The position numbers were made by a program, and so were the translations under genes. The notes below the pieces were generated by a model. The model was not told where the DNA came from. It saw only the letters and a program-made list of their open reading frames with translations, and ran no database searches. From the NCBI GenBank assembly GCA_030599585.1, contig JAUVNS010000004.1:96001-160000 (forward strand): DNA of 64,000 nucleotides, in the 5' to 3' direction. How positions within the stretch are numbered: the first letter of the stretch is position 1; each line of letters opens with the position of its first letter. This DNA comes from Promethearchaeota archaeon. GTDB taxonomy: Archaea; Asgardarchaeota; Lokiarchaeia; Sigyniarchaeales; SOKP01. Positions 47,198-57,779 of this stretch are shown here, in pieces.

Positions 47198-48085
47198 TTA
47201 AACTTTTATTTTGAGTTTTGTTGAGAGTTCTTTATATCTGGAGCGTAAGGTAACTTCAGTGACTCCTACAATCTCGGCAATATCCTTTTGCGTTAGTTCT
47301 AATCCCTTCATTCTACACGCTAAATATATAGCTCCAGCTACTATTCCTTTGGGATCTTTACCGCTGGTGGAAAACCTCTCAGAATAAGCGTTTACAATTT
47401 TAGTAGAATTAATTTCAATGTCGGGACCGAGTTTTAAAGTAGCTATATAAGTTGGTATTAAATCGCTTGGGTTGGTATTTGGAGCTTTAATGTTAAATTC
47501 TCTAATTAAAACGCGATAACACCTTCTAATATCTTTCTCGCTCTCGGATGATTCATCCAAAATCTCTTGCAAAGTACGTGGTATCCTTTTTAATCTAATC
47601 GCCAAATATATCGAAGCTGCAATCATGGAATTAATCGATCTACCCCTTAACAACTTCTTTTTAAAAGCGTCCTTATACAACTTTATAGCTTCGAACTTTA
47701 TATGATTTGGTAAGTTTAAGTTGCTGCATATCCTTTTAAGCTCAGTTGTAGCGATGAGAATATTTCTTTTTTCCCATGTAATTCGAGTATTCCATTTTAC
47801 TGCTCTCTTCAAATCAGGATCTTTAATATTTTTTCTATCGATTACAGTCGTTAATCCCATGTCAGGTAGTAAACTAGAAATCGGAGCCCCTGTATGCTCC
47901 CTTTGATTTTTCTCTTGAGATGTGTAAGCTCTTTTATCGCTGTGGGACAAATCTACACTCCTTTCTTTAATAACTAGTCCACAATCAGAACACACAATCT
48001 CTCCAATCTGATTTAGAGAAATAACATTGCCATTGCATTCAGGGCATAAATCTGATATAATATTTAAGTCTGTTACAGCATTCAT
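47198..48085 (-). CDS. tfb: Transcription initiation factor IIB
   Basis: Zn ribbon CPEC...CSDCG and two cyclin repeats (GRS, GKDP, GVTEVTLRSRYKEL). Confidence 0.95.
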   Translation of the reverse strand: MNAVTDLNIISDLCPECNGNVISLNQIGEIVCSDCGLVIKERSVDLSHSDKRAYTSQEKNQREHTGAPISSLLPDMGLTTVIDRKNIKDPDLKRAVKWNTRITWEKRNILIATTELKRICSNLNLPNHIKFEAIKLYKDAFKKKLLRGRSINSMIAASIYLAIRLKRIPRTLQEILDESSESEKDIRRCYRVLIREFNIKAPNTNPSDLIPTYIATLKLGPDIEINSTKIVNAYSERFSTSGKDPKGIVAGAIYLACRMKGLELTQKDIAEIVGVTEVTLRSRYKELSTKLKIKV

Positions 48086-48097
48086 TTAATCACCTTT

Positions 48098-49129
48098 TTA
48101 TATTCCTGTTGCTTTTAATTGTTCTAATAATTCTTTTTGTTTCTTACTAATTCTCTTAGGAACCTTAATCTTTACTCTTACTAATTGGTTTCCTCTTTCT
48201 TCTGAATTAATTTTATAAAATCCCTTATTCTTTAATCTTAATATTGTTGAATCTTTAGTTCCTTCGGGAACTGATACGTTTATATCTTTTTCTATCCCTG
48301 GAACTTGAGTTTTACCGCCTAATGCTGCTGTAGTAAAAGGGATTTCTTGATCAATATATATATCGTCTCCATCTCTTTCAAAGAGTTTATGATTTTTCAC
48401 ATGGATGGCAATATACAGATCACCGGGGGAACCTCCATTTTCACCTGGCATCCCTTTTCCTTTTAGGCGTAATTTCTGGTCATCTCTAACCCCTCGTGGA
48501 ATTGTTACTGATAAAGTTTGATTCGACCCTGTAGCGGGGTCCTTATATTGAACTTGTCTCTTCCCTCCAAGAAATGCGTCCATAAAACTTATTTCCATGT
48601 CGTATCTTAAATCTTCACCTTCTCTTGGATAATTTTGTTGTCTAGTGGATCTCGCTCTCGTACTTCCACCTCTATTAGAAAAGACATCAAATATGTCTCC
48701 TAAATCGTTAAAAAAGTCATTCCCTCCTGAAGATTGCCCTCTACGAGAGTTTCTTGAATTTCCAAAAATTTCGCTAAAATCAAAATTCCCAGGCGTTTCA
48801 GAAGTTGAATAATAATATGTATTTCCATCTGGACCTCGTTGCACTCTTGCACCTCCTGGTGCACGGCCCCCTCGTTGGTAGGTAGAGGAGTCTCCTTCAA
48901 CAACCCCAAATTTGTCATACATTTCTCTTTTTTTATCATCACTCAATAAACTATACGCTTCATTTATTTCCTTAAATTTTTCGCCAGACTTAGCTTCATT
49001 AGCGTTTACATCAGGGTGATATTTTCTGGCTAATTTTCGAAATGCTCTTTTAATTTCCTCTTTTGAAGCGCTTTTTTTTAACCCTAATGTTTTATAATAA
49101 TCTTTTGCCATAATTTTTAACCTCTTCAA
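48098..49129 (-). CDS. dnaJ: DnaJ co-chaperone, class B (no Zn finger)
   Basis: J domain (DYY...HPD), G/F-rich region and C-terminal domain; no CxxCxGxG repeats. Confidence 0.92.
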   Translation of the reverse strand: MKRLKIMAKDYYKTLGLKKSASKEEIKRAFRKLARKYHPDVNANEAKSGEKFKEINEAYSLLSDDKKREMYDKFGVVEGDSSTYQRGGRAPGGARVQRGPDGNTYYYSTSETPGNFDFSEIFGNSRNSRRGQSSGGNDFFNDLGDIFDVFSNRGGSTRARSTRQQNYPREGEDLRYDMEISFMDAFLGGKRQVQYKDPATGSNQTLSVTIPRGVRDDQKLRLKGKGMPGENGGSPGDLYIAIHVKNHKLFERDGDDIYIDQEIPFTTAALGGKTQVPGIEKDINVSVPEGTKDSTILRLKNKGFYKINSEERGNQLVRVKIKVPKRISKKQKELLEQLKATGI

Positions 49130-49178
49130 TAAAAAAAATAAAAAATAAAAAAACTAAACAAAAAAACTATATATATAC

Positions 49179-51068
49179 TTATTCGTATTCAGCATCAACT
49201 ACGCCATCGTCTTGACCTGTAGCTCTACGGAATTGTTCCTGCTCGATTTCGTCTTGAGTTTGTGGAGCGCCACCCATTCCTCCAGGTGGAGCACCTTGAT
49301 AAGTGCCTTCTTGTGCATCTTGCTGTTGACCGTACATTCGAGATGAAACCTCGTGAAGAGAATTCTGTAAAGTTTCCATTGAACTTTTTATTCGAACAAC
49401 ATCCTCAGATTCCATTGCACTCCTGAGATCTGAAACTTTTTCAAGAATGTTCGATTTTAAATCTCCTATTACTGACTCGTTTTCCTTCAACAACTTCTCA
49501 GTTTGATAGATTAAAGCCTCGGCGTGATTTTTTGCTTCAGTTAATTCTTTAAACTTTTGATCTTCTTCAGCATAACTCTCCGCTTCTCTTACTTTTTGGT
49601 TGATTTCATCTTCTGACATCTTAGTTGATGCCGTAATCGTTATCGATTGACTTTTACCAGTTCCTTTATCTTTCGCTGAAACATTGATAATACCGTTCTG
49701 ATCGATGTCAAATGTCACTTCTATTTGAGGTATCCCTCGTGGAGCAGGTGGTATCCCCGTCAAATGAAACTTTCCTAATGTTATGTTATCAGCAGCTTTT
49801 GGTCGTTCTCCTTGTAATACATGAATTTCTACTGCAGGTTGATTATCAGCAGCCGTGGAAAAAGTTTCTGCCTTTTTTGTTGGAATCGTAGTGTTTCGGT
49901 TAATCAATTTGGTAAATACGCCACCTAAAGTCTCAACTCCTAACGATAATGGAGTGACATCTAATAGCAATAAATCTTCCACTTCTCCAGTTAAAATACC
50001 CCCTTGAACAGCAGCACCCATAGCAACACATTCCATCGGATCTATACTCCTTTCAGGCTTTTTCCCTAAGAAATCTTCGAAGATCTTTTGAACGCTAGGC
50101 ATTCTCGTTGGTCCACCAACTAAAATTACTTTATCAACTTCTCCTTTGTTTAATTTCGCGTCTTTCAAAGCATTAATTATAGGTGCTTCTAATCTCTTTA
50201 AAATGGGGCCAATTAGTTGTTCTAATTTTGCTCTTGTAATGTTCAAAGTAAGATGTTTTGGACCTGAATCCGTTGCTGTTATGTATGGTAAATTTATATC
50301 AGTCGAAATTGAAGTAGATAATTCAATTTTAGCCTTTTCAACTGCTTCTTTGACTCTTTGTATTGCCATAGAATCTTTGTTTAAATCAACGCCTTCCTGA
50401 TTCTTAAATTCATCAACAACATATTTAACAAGAATCCTATCCATATCTGTTCCACCTAATTGAGTATCTCCCGCTGTCGAGATTACTTCAAAGACTTGAC
50501 TGTCCAATTCCATTACTGTAACATCAAATGTACCACCACCTAGATCTAAAACTGCGATTTTTAATTGCGCATCTTTTTTATCTAATCCATATGCTACGGC
50601 CGCTGCAGTAGGTTCGTTAATTAAACGTTTAACGTTCAATCCCGCGATCTTACCAGCGTCTTTGGTGGCTTGTCTTTGATTATCGTTAAAGTAGGCAGGT
50701 ACTGTAATAATAACGTCTGTTACTTCTTCACCTAAGTAAGCGCTTGCGTCTTCTTTGATTTTTCTCAAAATCATTGCCGAAATTTCTTGCGGCTTGTATT
50801 CTTTATTTTCGATTTTCACTTTATAGGATGTTCCCATCTTTCGCTTTATAGCTGTAATTGTTCGATCAGGGTTCGAAATTGCTTGCCTTCTCGCAGGCTC
50901 CCCTACTAACCTTTGCCCATCCTTTGTAAAAGCTACAACGGAAGGAAAAGCCTTTCCACCTAATGTATTACCTTCAGCACTAGGTATAATTGTAGGCTTG
51001 CCACCTACTAATACAGCAGCAGCGCTATTCGATGTTCCGAGATCTATCCCAATGATTTTTTTTCCCAT
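49179..51068 (-). CDS. dnaK: Hsp70 chaperone DnaK
   Basis: [34 protein letters not shown]. Confidence 0.98.
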   Translation of the reverse strand: MGKKIIGIDLGTSNSAAAVLVGGKPTIIPSAEGNTLGGKAFPSVVAFTKDGQRLVGEPARRQAISNPDRTITAIKRKMGTSYKVKIENKEYKPQEISAMILRKIKEDASAYLGEEVTDVIITVPAYFNDNQRQATKDAGKIAGLNVKRLINEPTAAAVAYGLDKKDAQLKIAVLDLGGGTFDVTVMELDSQVFEVISTAGDTQLGGTDMDRILVKYVVDEFKNQEGVDLNKDSMAIQRVKEAVEKAKIELSTSISTDINLPYITATDSGPKHLTLNITRAKLEQLIGPILKRLEAPIINALKDAKLNKGEVDKVILVGGPTRMPSVQKIFEDFLGKKPERSIDPMECVAMGAAVQGGILTGEVEDLLLLDVTPLSLGVETLGGVFTKLINRNTTIPTKKAETFSTAADNQPAVEIHVLQGERPKAADNITLGKFHLTGIPPAPRGIPQIEVTFDIDQNGIINVSAKDKGTGKSQSITITASTKMSEDEINQKVREAESYAEEDQKFKELTEAKNHAEALIYQTEKLLKENESVIGDLKSNILEKVSDLRSAMESEDVVRIKSSMETLQNSLHEVSSRMYGQQQDAQEGTYQGAPPGGMGGAPQTQDEIEQEQFRRATGQDDGVVDAEYE

Positions 51069-51116
51069 ATTTTATCACTTCTTTTTTTTAATTTTTATTA
51101 TCATTTTTGTTTAAAT

Positions 51117-51785
51117 TTATAATTTTGATTTGATTTTTGATATCTTAACCCCAGCGGGTTTCAATATCTTGTTATTTAAATAATAACCTTTATTTAATTC
51201 TTCAATTATAGTATTTTCAGGGAATTCTTCATTCGCTTCAACCATTAATGCTTCGTGTTTGTAAGGATCAAACTTCTCACCCTCTGAATGCATAGGTTTT
51301 ACTCCCTCGTCTTCTAAGAATTTTTCAAAATTTTCGACAATCATTTTAAAACCCTTTTTTACTGACTCTCCCTTTTTTATTAAATCCAATACATTTAAAG
51401 CTCTCAGTAAATCCTCGTAATGTTTAATTAATTTCTTCATTATATCTTCTTTTACTCGCGCTCTATATCTCTCGTTCTCCCGTTGATTTGCCTTCTTGTA
51501 GTTATCGAAATCCGCTTGCGTTCTCACTAAAGAATTTAAGTATTTCTCATTTTTCTCTTCTAACTCCTTTAACTTTCTGCCGTCATCCTTTAAATATTCA
51601 ATTTGTCTTTCTAACTCTGATTTTTTCGACTCAACTTGATCTAATTTTTTTAGTAGCATCTGATATTTTTCCGCGGTCTCCACGAGGTTTTTATATTTTT
51701 CTTTTGAAACCGTTACTTTACGGTAAGGGTCTTCCAACGACCTACGAGCGTTGAAAAATTCGTCGTAATAATCTTCAAATACCAT
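51117..51785 (-). CDS. grpE: Nucleotide exchange factor GrpE
   Basis: ADFDNYKK, FDPYKHEA, KGY......PA.V. Confidence 0.93.
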   Translation of the reverse strand: MVFEDYYDEFFNARRSLEDPYRKVTVSKEKYKNLVETAEKYQMLLKKLDQVESKKSELERQIEYLKDDGRKLKELEEKNEKYLNSLVRTQADFDNYKKANQRENERYRARVKEDIMKKLIKHYEDLLRALNVLDLIKKGESVKKGFKMIVENFEKFLEDEGVKPMHSEGEKFDPYKHEALMVEANEEFPENTIIEELNKGYYLNNKILKPAGVKISKIKSKL

Positions 51786-51818
51786 ATTTTTATCTCTTTT
51801 TTTGTAAACAATTCTTTT

Positions 51819-51853
51819 TTGTCAATTGATTGTTGACAATCATTAATATATAA
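51819..51853 (-). promoter_or_regulatory. grpE-dnaK operon promoter with overlapping inverted repeats
   Basis: TTGTCAA-N7-TTGACAA (51819-51839) and TGATTGT-N2-ACAATCA (51827-51842), immediately downstream of a minus-strand TTATATA box (about 51846-51853). Confidence 0.6.
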
Positions 51854-51989
51854 GTATTAATTGACCTATTTAAAGGTATCGATTATTAAATATAGATAGC
51901 TCAAGCCTTCTACTAACGAGATTTTAGGTTTTTCAAACATTTTGTATAAAAAAAAATTAAAAAAAAAAAGAAAAAAAAAATTACTTTCT

Positions 51990-52142
51990 TTACTTCTCAC
52001 GTTCAAATATTACATACGTTCCGGTTACGAATCTAAATTCCCAACCTTCAGCTGCTAGCGCATTTAAAAGGCTTTCAAACTGTTCTACTCCTATTTTAGG
52101 ATTCATGTTCCCTTTTTCATATATTACTTTATACTCTTTCAT
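51990..52142 (-). CDS. DUF4177-like microprotein (50 aa), absent from the ORF track
   Basis: MKEYKVIYEKGNMNPKIGVEQFESLLNALAAEGWEFRFVTGTYVIFEREK, matching the EYKV...LN..A.EGWE...FER pattern. Confidence 0.75.
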   Translation of the reverse strand: MKEYKVIYEKGNMNPKIGVEQFESLLNALAAEGWEFRFVTGTYVIFEREK

Positions 52143-52225
52143 ATACTCATCTCTTTGATTTTTACGAATAATAAAGAGAGCATTTATAGATAAATGTTAT
52201 ATATTGTGAGAAGATTAAGAATTAT

Positions 52226-52290
52226 ATGATTACATGGATTTTAGGTATAGCCCTAAAGTCTTTGTTCTAATCAAAAGATTTTGAAATGAT
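52226..52290 (+). repeat. Degenerate direct duplicate of the first about 65 bp of the CDS at 53214
   Basis: 31 nt identical (ATGATTACATGGATTTTAGGTATAGCCCTAA), then an indel, then 19 nt identical (TCTTTGTTCTAATCAAAAG) to 53214-53279. Confidence 0.9.
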
Positions 52291-52326
52291 TTTATTATCT
52301 TTGTTTATTTTTAATGGTAGAAAAAA

Positions 52327-53091
52327 ATGGCAACTTCTATTGTAATTGAGGGTAAAATCTCTGTAGATGCAGTTTTACGATCAAAATATCGTAAGATTCT
52401 GACTATATATTATGATGTTGCCAAGCTCCAGAGAAAAAAGAATAAAAAACGAGTAAGATATCTCAAGCAGACACTTGAATCAGCAAAATCCAAGGAAGTT
52501 AAGATTGAAGCGGTGGATCAAAAATGGTTTGAAAAACATGCAATTGGAAAGACACACGGAGGACTTGCTGCTATTGTAAGTAAAAGAACCTATCAAAAAA
52601 TACCTGAACTCTTGAAATCAATACCAGGCATATTTTTTTTTTTAGATGGAATTGAAGATCCTTATAATCTTGGTTATACGATACGGTCATTATATGCCGC
52701 AGGAATTGATGGAATCGTGATGAAACAGAGAAACTGGCTTGATGTGGATGGAATTATTATCAAATCTTCTGCAGGCACCTCAGAATTAATGCCAATTGCG
52801 TTAGTTGAAGATATCGACACAACGGTAAACTTCTTCAAAACTAAAAATTACACCATTGCTTGCACTGGTAAAGATGATGGTCAGTCAATATATCAAAGTA
52901 ATCTGAAACCCCCGTTATTTATAGCAATCGGGGGTGAAAAAAGAGGCATTAATCGCAATTTTTTAGAGAAGGCAGATTTACGGCTTACGATTCCATATGA
53001 GCGAGAATTTTCGGGATCGCTACCGCTTAATTCGGTAGCAGTTATAATTGGATTTGAAATTCTTAGACAACGAAGTTATTCCAACAACTAA
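52327..53091 (+). CDS. SPOUT RNA methyltransferase (TrmH/RlmB family)
   Basis: LDGIEDPYNLG..IRS, KSSAG, IGGEKRG, SL..NS.A. Confidence 0.9.
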   Translation: MATSIVIEGKISVDAVLRSKYRKILTIYYDVAKLQRKKNKKRVRYLKQTLESAKSKEVKIEAVDQKWFEKHAIGKTHGGLAAIVSKRTYQKIPELLKSIPGIFFFLDGIEDPYNLGYTIRSLYAAGIDGIVMKQRNWLDVDGIIIKSSAGTSELMPIALVEDIDTTVNFFKTKNYTIACTGKDDGQSIYQSNLKPPLFIAIGGEKRGINRNFLEKADLRLTIPYEREFSGSLPLNSVAVIIGFEILRQRSYSNN

Positions 53092-53213
53092 GTCATCTTC
53101 AAATTCAAGAAATCTTCAAAATACTATTATGTTGCCAGAGAATAGATAATTTTATTATGGTACCAGAAGGCAGATAGAAACAATTATATTTATAAAAATT
53201 CATATAAAATATT

Positions 53214-53981
53214 ATGATTACATGGATTTTAGGTATAGCCCTAATTATCTTTGTTCTAATCAAAAGGTTTGGAAAGGATGGGAGAGTCGAGGGATATCCG
53301 CTTGGAATGCCTCGTGGGACAATTAGAGCGATAATTACCATAATGGTCGTATCTTTTCCCTTTACATATATCCTTTATAACACTCAAATTCCTTCTGAAG
53401 TTGTCAATACGATTTTTATTTTAGTAGCGTTTTATTTTGAAGCTCGAAAGGGTCAGGATAATAGATTAAAAATTATTGAGGAGATCAAAAACCCGGAAAA
53501 GGTGTCTGAAGAGAAAAGAAAGACAAAAAAGCCACTTTATCTTCCGAGATACACAGTAAGAATATCTTTGATGATTTTCCTAATTGTCTTCTATCTAATT
53601 GATCTTTTTATTCAAAATATTTCCTTAGAGTTAACTAACACGCTTATAGATATACTCGTCATTGCAATACTTTACTTTATAGGTACTTTTTTTCGAGCAA
53701 TAGGGCAAATATTTTCTAAGAAAAAATTGAAAGAACGAATTGAAGAAATACCTAGCTACCAAGAGTTATCAAAATACGACATCCTTGAGAAACTTGACGA
53801 ACAAAAACGTGGCAGTATCAGTAGTATTGGAAGAAACCTATTTTCTATTATAGTCTTCATTGCAGTAACTTCAGCTCTATTCTTATTCACCATAGATATC
53901 GATTTCGCCTTGATTTTTAACGTATCGTTACGAAGATCATTGTTACTACTAATTAACTTGTATTATGGTTTCAGAGATTAA
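53214..53981 (+). CDS. Membrane protein with an internal repeat
   Basis: PLGMPRGTIRA and PLYLPRYTVRI each precede a TM pair. Confidence 0.75.
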   Translation: MITWILGIALIIFVLIKRFGKDGRVEGYPLGMPRGTIRAIITIMVVSFPFTYILYNTQIPSEVVNTIFILVAFYFEARKGQDNRLKIIEEIKNPEKVSEEKRKTKKPLYLPRYTVRISLMIFLIVFYLIDLFIQNISLELTNTLIDILVIAILYFIGTFFRAIGQIFSKKKLKERIEEIPSYQELSKYDILEKLDEQKRGSISSIGRNLFSIIVFIAVTSALFLFTIDIDFALIFNVSLRRSLLLLINLYYGFRD

Positions 53982-54106
53982 ATTTAAATTAAAATAATTT
54001 CTTTTTTTTTAATTCTCTTAAGTTCTTAACGTTTTTACAGTAAAAAGGCATAGATTTATTTTTATTCATTAAATCAACTATCTTAAAAACACGAATAGTA
54101 ACGATC

Positions 54107-55351
54107 ATGAAATACCGAAAAATGGGTTCATTAGGCTGGGATGTTTCTGCTTTAGGTTTTGGGGCAATGAGGTTGCCAGTAGAAAAGGTGAAAGACGAAA
54201 AAACGGGAGAAATGAAGTTAGATATTAAAGAAAACGAAGCTATTGAAATGATTCGCTATGCTATTGATAACGGTGTAAATTATATTGATACAGCATACCC
54301 TTACCACGGTGGAAAAAGCGAAGTGCTCGTTGGAAAAGCATTACAAGACGGGTATCGTGAGAAGGTTCACCTTACTACGAAATTACCGATGTGGATGGTT
54401 AAAAACACAGAAGATTTTGATACTTTTCTCAACCAACAGATCGAACGACTACAAACAAATCCTGATATTTACTTGTTCCACGGGTTAAACAAAGCAAGAG
54501 CTGAAAAAATCAAAAATTTAAACTTGTTCGAGAAGATGGAGCAAGCGAAGGCTAAAGGGATAATTAAATATATTGGATTCTCCTTTCACGACACCTTTGA
54601 AGCGTTTAAAGAGATAATAGATATGTATAATTGGGATTGCTGCCAGATACAATACAACTATCTTGATATAGAATTTCAAGCGGGAATTGAAGGGTTAAAA
54701 TATGCAAGGAGCAAAGATATAGCAGTAATAATTATGGAACCAATAAGAGGTGGAAAACTAGCGATTCCAGAAGATAAATTAGATTTATATCCTGAAATTA
54801 AAAAGACTCTTGAAAAATCAAAAATTAAAAGGAGTACGCCAGATTGGGCATTACAATTTATCTGGAATCACCCCGAAGTTTCTGTTGTTTTAAGTGGGAT
54901 GAGTACGATGCAACATGTTGTAGAAAATATCGACTCTGCAAATAATTCAGAGATGGATTCCTTAACTGAAGCTGAATTGGCGACAATATCAGAATTACGT
55001 GAAGCTTATGGAAAGTATAACGTCGCTCCTTGCACGAGCTGTGGTTACTGCATACCCTGTCCTAATGGCGTTTCAATTCCATTTATTCTTAGATTGCTGA
55101 ATGATCTCGCATATTGGGGTGAATCTGGTAAAGAACGAATCTCTTTTTTCTATAATTATATGGCAAAAACTCAAGAAGGTATCGAAGAAAGGAAATCTAA
55201 AGGGGAAGAATTCGATGGGGCTGCTACATTATGTATTCAATGCGGAGAATGTTTGGAAAAGTGCCCACAACAGATTGAAATTCCTGATTTCATGGAGAAA
55301 GCAAATGAGATATTTGAAAATGGCAAAAGTATTTCGGAAATATTATTTTAA
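54107..55351 (+). CDS. Aldo/keto reductase with C-terminal Fe-S domain
   Basis: LGFGAMRLP, DTAYPY, GFSFH, MEP.RGG, CTSCGYCIPCP, CIQCGECLEKCP. Confidence 0.92.
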   Translation: MKYRKMGSLGWDVSALGFGAMRLPVEKVKDEKTGEMKLDIKENEAIEMIRYAIDNGVNYIDTAYPYHGGKSEVLVGKALQDGYREKVHLTTKLPMWMVKNTEDFDTFLNQQIERLQTNPDIYLFHGLNKARAEKIKNLNLFEKMEQAKAKGIIKYIGFSFHDTFEAFKEIIDMYNWDCCQIQYNYLDIEFQAGIEGLKYARSKDIAVIIMEPIRGGKLAIPEDKLDLYPEIKKTLEKSKIKRSTPDWALQFIWNHPEVSVVLSGMSTMQHVVENIDSANNSEMDSLTEAELATISELREAYGKYNVAPCTSCGYCIPCPNGVSIPFILRLLNDLAYWGESGKERISFFYNYMAKTQEGIEERKSKGEEFDGAATLCIQCGECLEKCPQQIEIPDFMEKANEIFENGKSISEILF

Positions 55352-55488
55352 CAATAAAATTAGAATTTTAGCTAAAACAATAGAACTTAACTATAAATAA
55401 ACAATTTAAAGTATCGAATTTTAATTTTAATATTAATTTCAGAATTCATTTTCCTAAATGAAAAAAAAAAAATTGAATGAGATAAAAT

Positions 55489-55650
55489 ATGGCGATTAAA
55501 TGGAAACTTTTCAGAATGTCTTTCCCAAAAGTTTGTGGTAAATGCGGAGCTTTAGCTAATATGGAAAGAGAGTATTGCGAATCTTGCGGAGCCCAGAACA
55601 GCCTTAGAGAGGTTACAAAAGAGGATTACCGTAAATATCTGAATAAGTAA
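55489..55650 (+). CDS. Zinc-ribbon microprotein (53 aa), absent from the ORF track
   Basis: MAIKWKLFRMSFPKVCGKCGALANMEREYCESCGAQNSLREVTKEDYRKYLNK. Confidence 0.72.
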   Translation: MAIKWKLFRMSFPKVCGKCGALANMEREYCESCGAQNSLREVTKEDYRKYLNK

Positions 55651-55700
55651 AATAAATTAGATATTGTAGAGAGATCAATAAATAAGGCATTTAAGGTTTT

Positions 55701-55889
55701 TTATTCTTTTAAACTTTTTTTAATCTTTTGATACAAATCTTTAAGTCCGGTTTCGTTAAGAAATTGGTCTATTTTTGATGTTGGTCTTAATGCTTGGGGT
55801 TCACTGTCTTTTACTAATTCGCTACCACAATACTCACAGATATTTTGATTAGGATCAGCGTAATCAGTATCACAATTTGAACATTTCAT
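55701..55889 (-). CDS. Zinc-ribbon microprotein
   Basis: CSNC...CEYCG followed by a short helix. Confidence 0.72.
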   Translation of the reverse strand: MKCSNCDTDYADPNQNICEYCGSELVKDSEPQALRPTSKIDQFLNETGLKDLYQKIKKSLKE

Positions 55890-56062
55890 TTTAGTATCGA
55901 AATCTTTTAGGCTTAATTCTTATAATAAAATACTCAAATTATAATATTAAATTTTACTGAATTGACTTTTCTCTGTAATTTCTTATACAATTAAAATTAG
56001 TTATTTCAACAGTAATCTTTAAAATTAAAAAAAAAAAAAATAAAAAAATAAGATTTATTTGA

Positions 56063-56806
56063 CTAAACTTTTCCATATTTCTTAAATAGAAAAATGCCAA
56101 TGAATACTATTATAATGCTAATCAACGCAATCATACCGAGTTGCATCAATATTTCTACTGCAAATGGAGAACCTCCACCGAATATTGTTGTAATGGCATT
56201 GGTGACGTAATAACTTGGGAGAAAAGCACCAATAATTCTAGTAGTTTCTGTCAATGGGATAAATGTTCCAAAGAACATTTGTGGGAGAATAAATATAAAT
56301 GATATTCCCGTGGCAGCACCAGCCGATTTAGCTATTGTAGCAGTAATTAGGCCTAGTCCAACAGAGCATAATGATAAAAATAACATAAAAATAAATGCCA
56401 TTATAACCCCAAAGACATCCACATTTGGTCGAAAGCCCATTAAAAGAGACAATAGAAACACTATTGCAAGCTGAATAACTGCGATAAACAGATTTGTAAT
56501 GATATGACTCCCTATAAATTGGCTTGAAGGTGTAGGTGTTACATTTATCCTTTTTAATAGCCCATTTTCTCGATCATCGGTAAAAGACATCGACACAGTC
56601 ATTATTATAAAGATACACGCATAAGCAAATAATCCAGGCGCCATTGTATCAAATAATGGCGGGTCTGCACCACCTAAACTTCCAAATGCTAATCCAAATA
56701 CTAATGTAAGTATGGCAGGAAAAAGTAAATTAAGAAATAAATTAGCTGGTTCCCTTAATACTTTCAATAGTTCCATTTTTACGAGCGCTAAAACTCTTTG
56801 TATCAT
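56063..56806 (-). CDS. ABC-2 type exporter permease
   Basis: Six TM; DRENGLLKRI..TP. Confidence 0.88.
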   Translation of the reverse strand: MIQRVLALVKMELLKVLREPANLFLNLLFPAILTLVFGLAFGSLGGADPPLFDTMAPGLFAYACIFIIMTVSMSFTDDRENGLLKRINVTPTPSSQFIGSHIITNLFIAVIQLAIVFLLSLLMGFRPNVDVFGVIMAFIFMLFLSLCSVGLGLITATIAKSAGAATGISFIFILPQMFFGTFIPLTETTRIIGAFLPSYYVTNAITTIFGGGSPFAVEILMQLGMIALISIIIVFIGIFLFKKYGKV

Positions 56807-56810
56807 TTTT

Positions 56811-57779
56811 CTAAACCCCCTCCATAATTCTTCTTCCAGTTATTTTCATAAACACTTCCTCTAAATTTTTTGCATCGTGTTTTTTCATGAGTTCTTTTGG
56901 AGAACCAAGGGCAATAAGCTCGCCGTAATCTACGATGCCTACTCTATCGCATAGAGCCTCTGCTTCTTCAATATAATGAGTCGTTAAAACTATTGTCTTA
57001 TCTTGTTGTTTTAGATCCCCAATGAAGGTCCAAGTTTTCCGTCTAACGCGAGCATCCATTCCTACTGTGGGTTCGTCCAGAAATACAATTTGAGGATCAT
57101 TAATTAAAGCAATAATTAGATTTAACTGCCGAACCATTCCGCCACTATAACCTTTTGCTTTCCTATTACTTGCCTCTTCTAACCCCGATGCTTTAAAAAA
57201 TTTATCAGCTCGTTCTTTTAACACATTTTTATCCATTTCAAATAAATTTCCAAAGAGTTCTACATTCTCTCGCCCTTTTAGAAATTTAAAAACCGAAGGT
57301 TCCTGAGGACAAACTCCAATAATTTCCTTTATTTTGTTTATATCTCTTTTAACATCGTATCCTCCTACAGTTGCAGTTCCTTCCGTGGGATTTAACAACC
57401 CTACAAGCATGTTAATTGTCGTAGTTTTGCCTGCTCCATTTGGACCTAAAAGACCAAAAAGCTCACCTTTTTTTATTTCAAGGTTTATTCCGTTTACAGC
57501 CGTAACATCGTCGAATTTTTTTACGAGATCTTTAACGACTATCGCACTTTCTCCATCAGGATCAAATATATCTTCAGGTTTTTCCCTTTTAATTTTTATT
57601 TTCGAAGCTTCTCCGGGTATAAGGTTTTGTAACCTCATAATTTCTTGCTCAAGAGCTTCGATTTTATCAAGGTGTCTTACGATTTCATTATCTTTTGTTT
57701 TTATATCCTTTTTAAGATCATCTATTAACTCTTCCATTTTTTCTTCATCATCCATTTTAACAATAATTTTATTTTTCAT
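56811..57779 (-). CDS. ABC-2 exporter ATPase with an N-terminal coiled-coil extension
   Basis: GPNGAGKTT, YSGGM, FLDEPT, TTHY; about 75 aa N-terminal extension containing a coiled coil. Confidence 0.9.
   Translation of the reverse strand: MKNKIIVKMDDEEKMEELIDDLKKDIKTKDNEIVRHLDKIEALEQEIMRLQNLIPGEASKIKIKREKPEDIFDPDGESAIVVKDLVKKFDDVTAVNGINLEIKKGELFGLLGPNGAGKTTTINMLVGLLNPTEGTATVGGYDVKRDINKIKEIIGVCPQEPSVFKFLKGRENVELFGNLFEMDKNVLKERADKFFKASGLEEASNRKAKGYSGGMVRQLNLIIALINDPQIVFLDEPTVGMDARVRRKTWTFIGDLKQQDKTIVLTTHYIEEAEALCDRVGIVDYGELIALGSPKELMKKHDAKNLEEVFMKITGRRIMEGV

Noticed and set aside
51945-51980. Long A-rich runs (also near 49130-49170 and 56030-56050)
   Set aside because: They read as T tracts on the minus strand downstream of genes, consistent with ordinary archaeal terminators.
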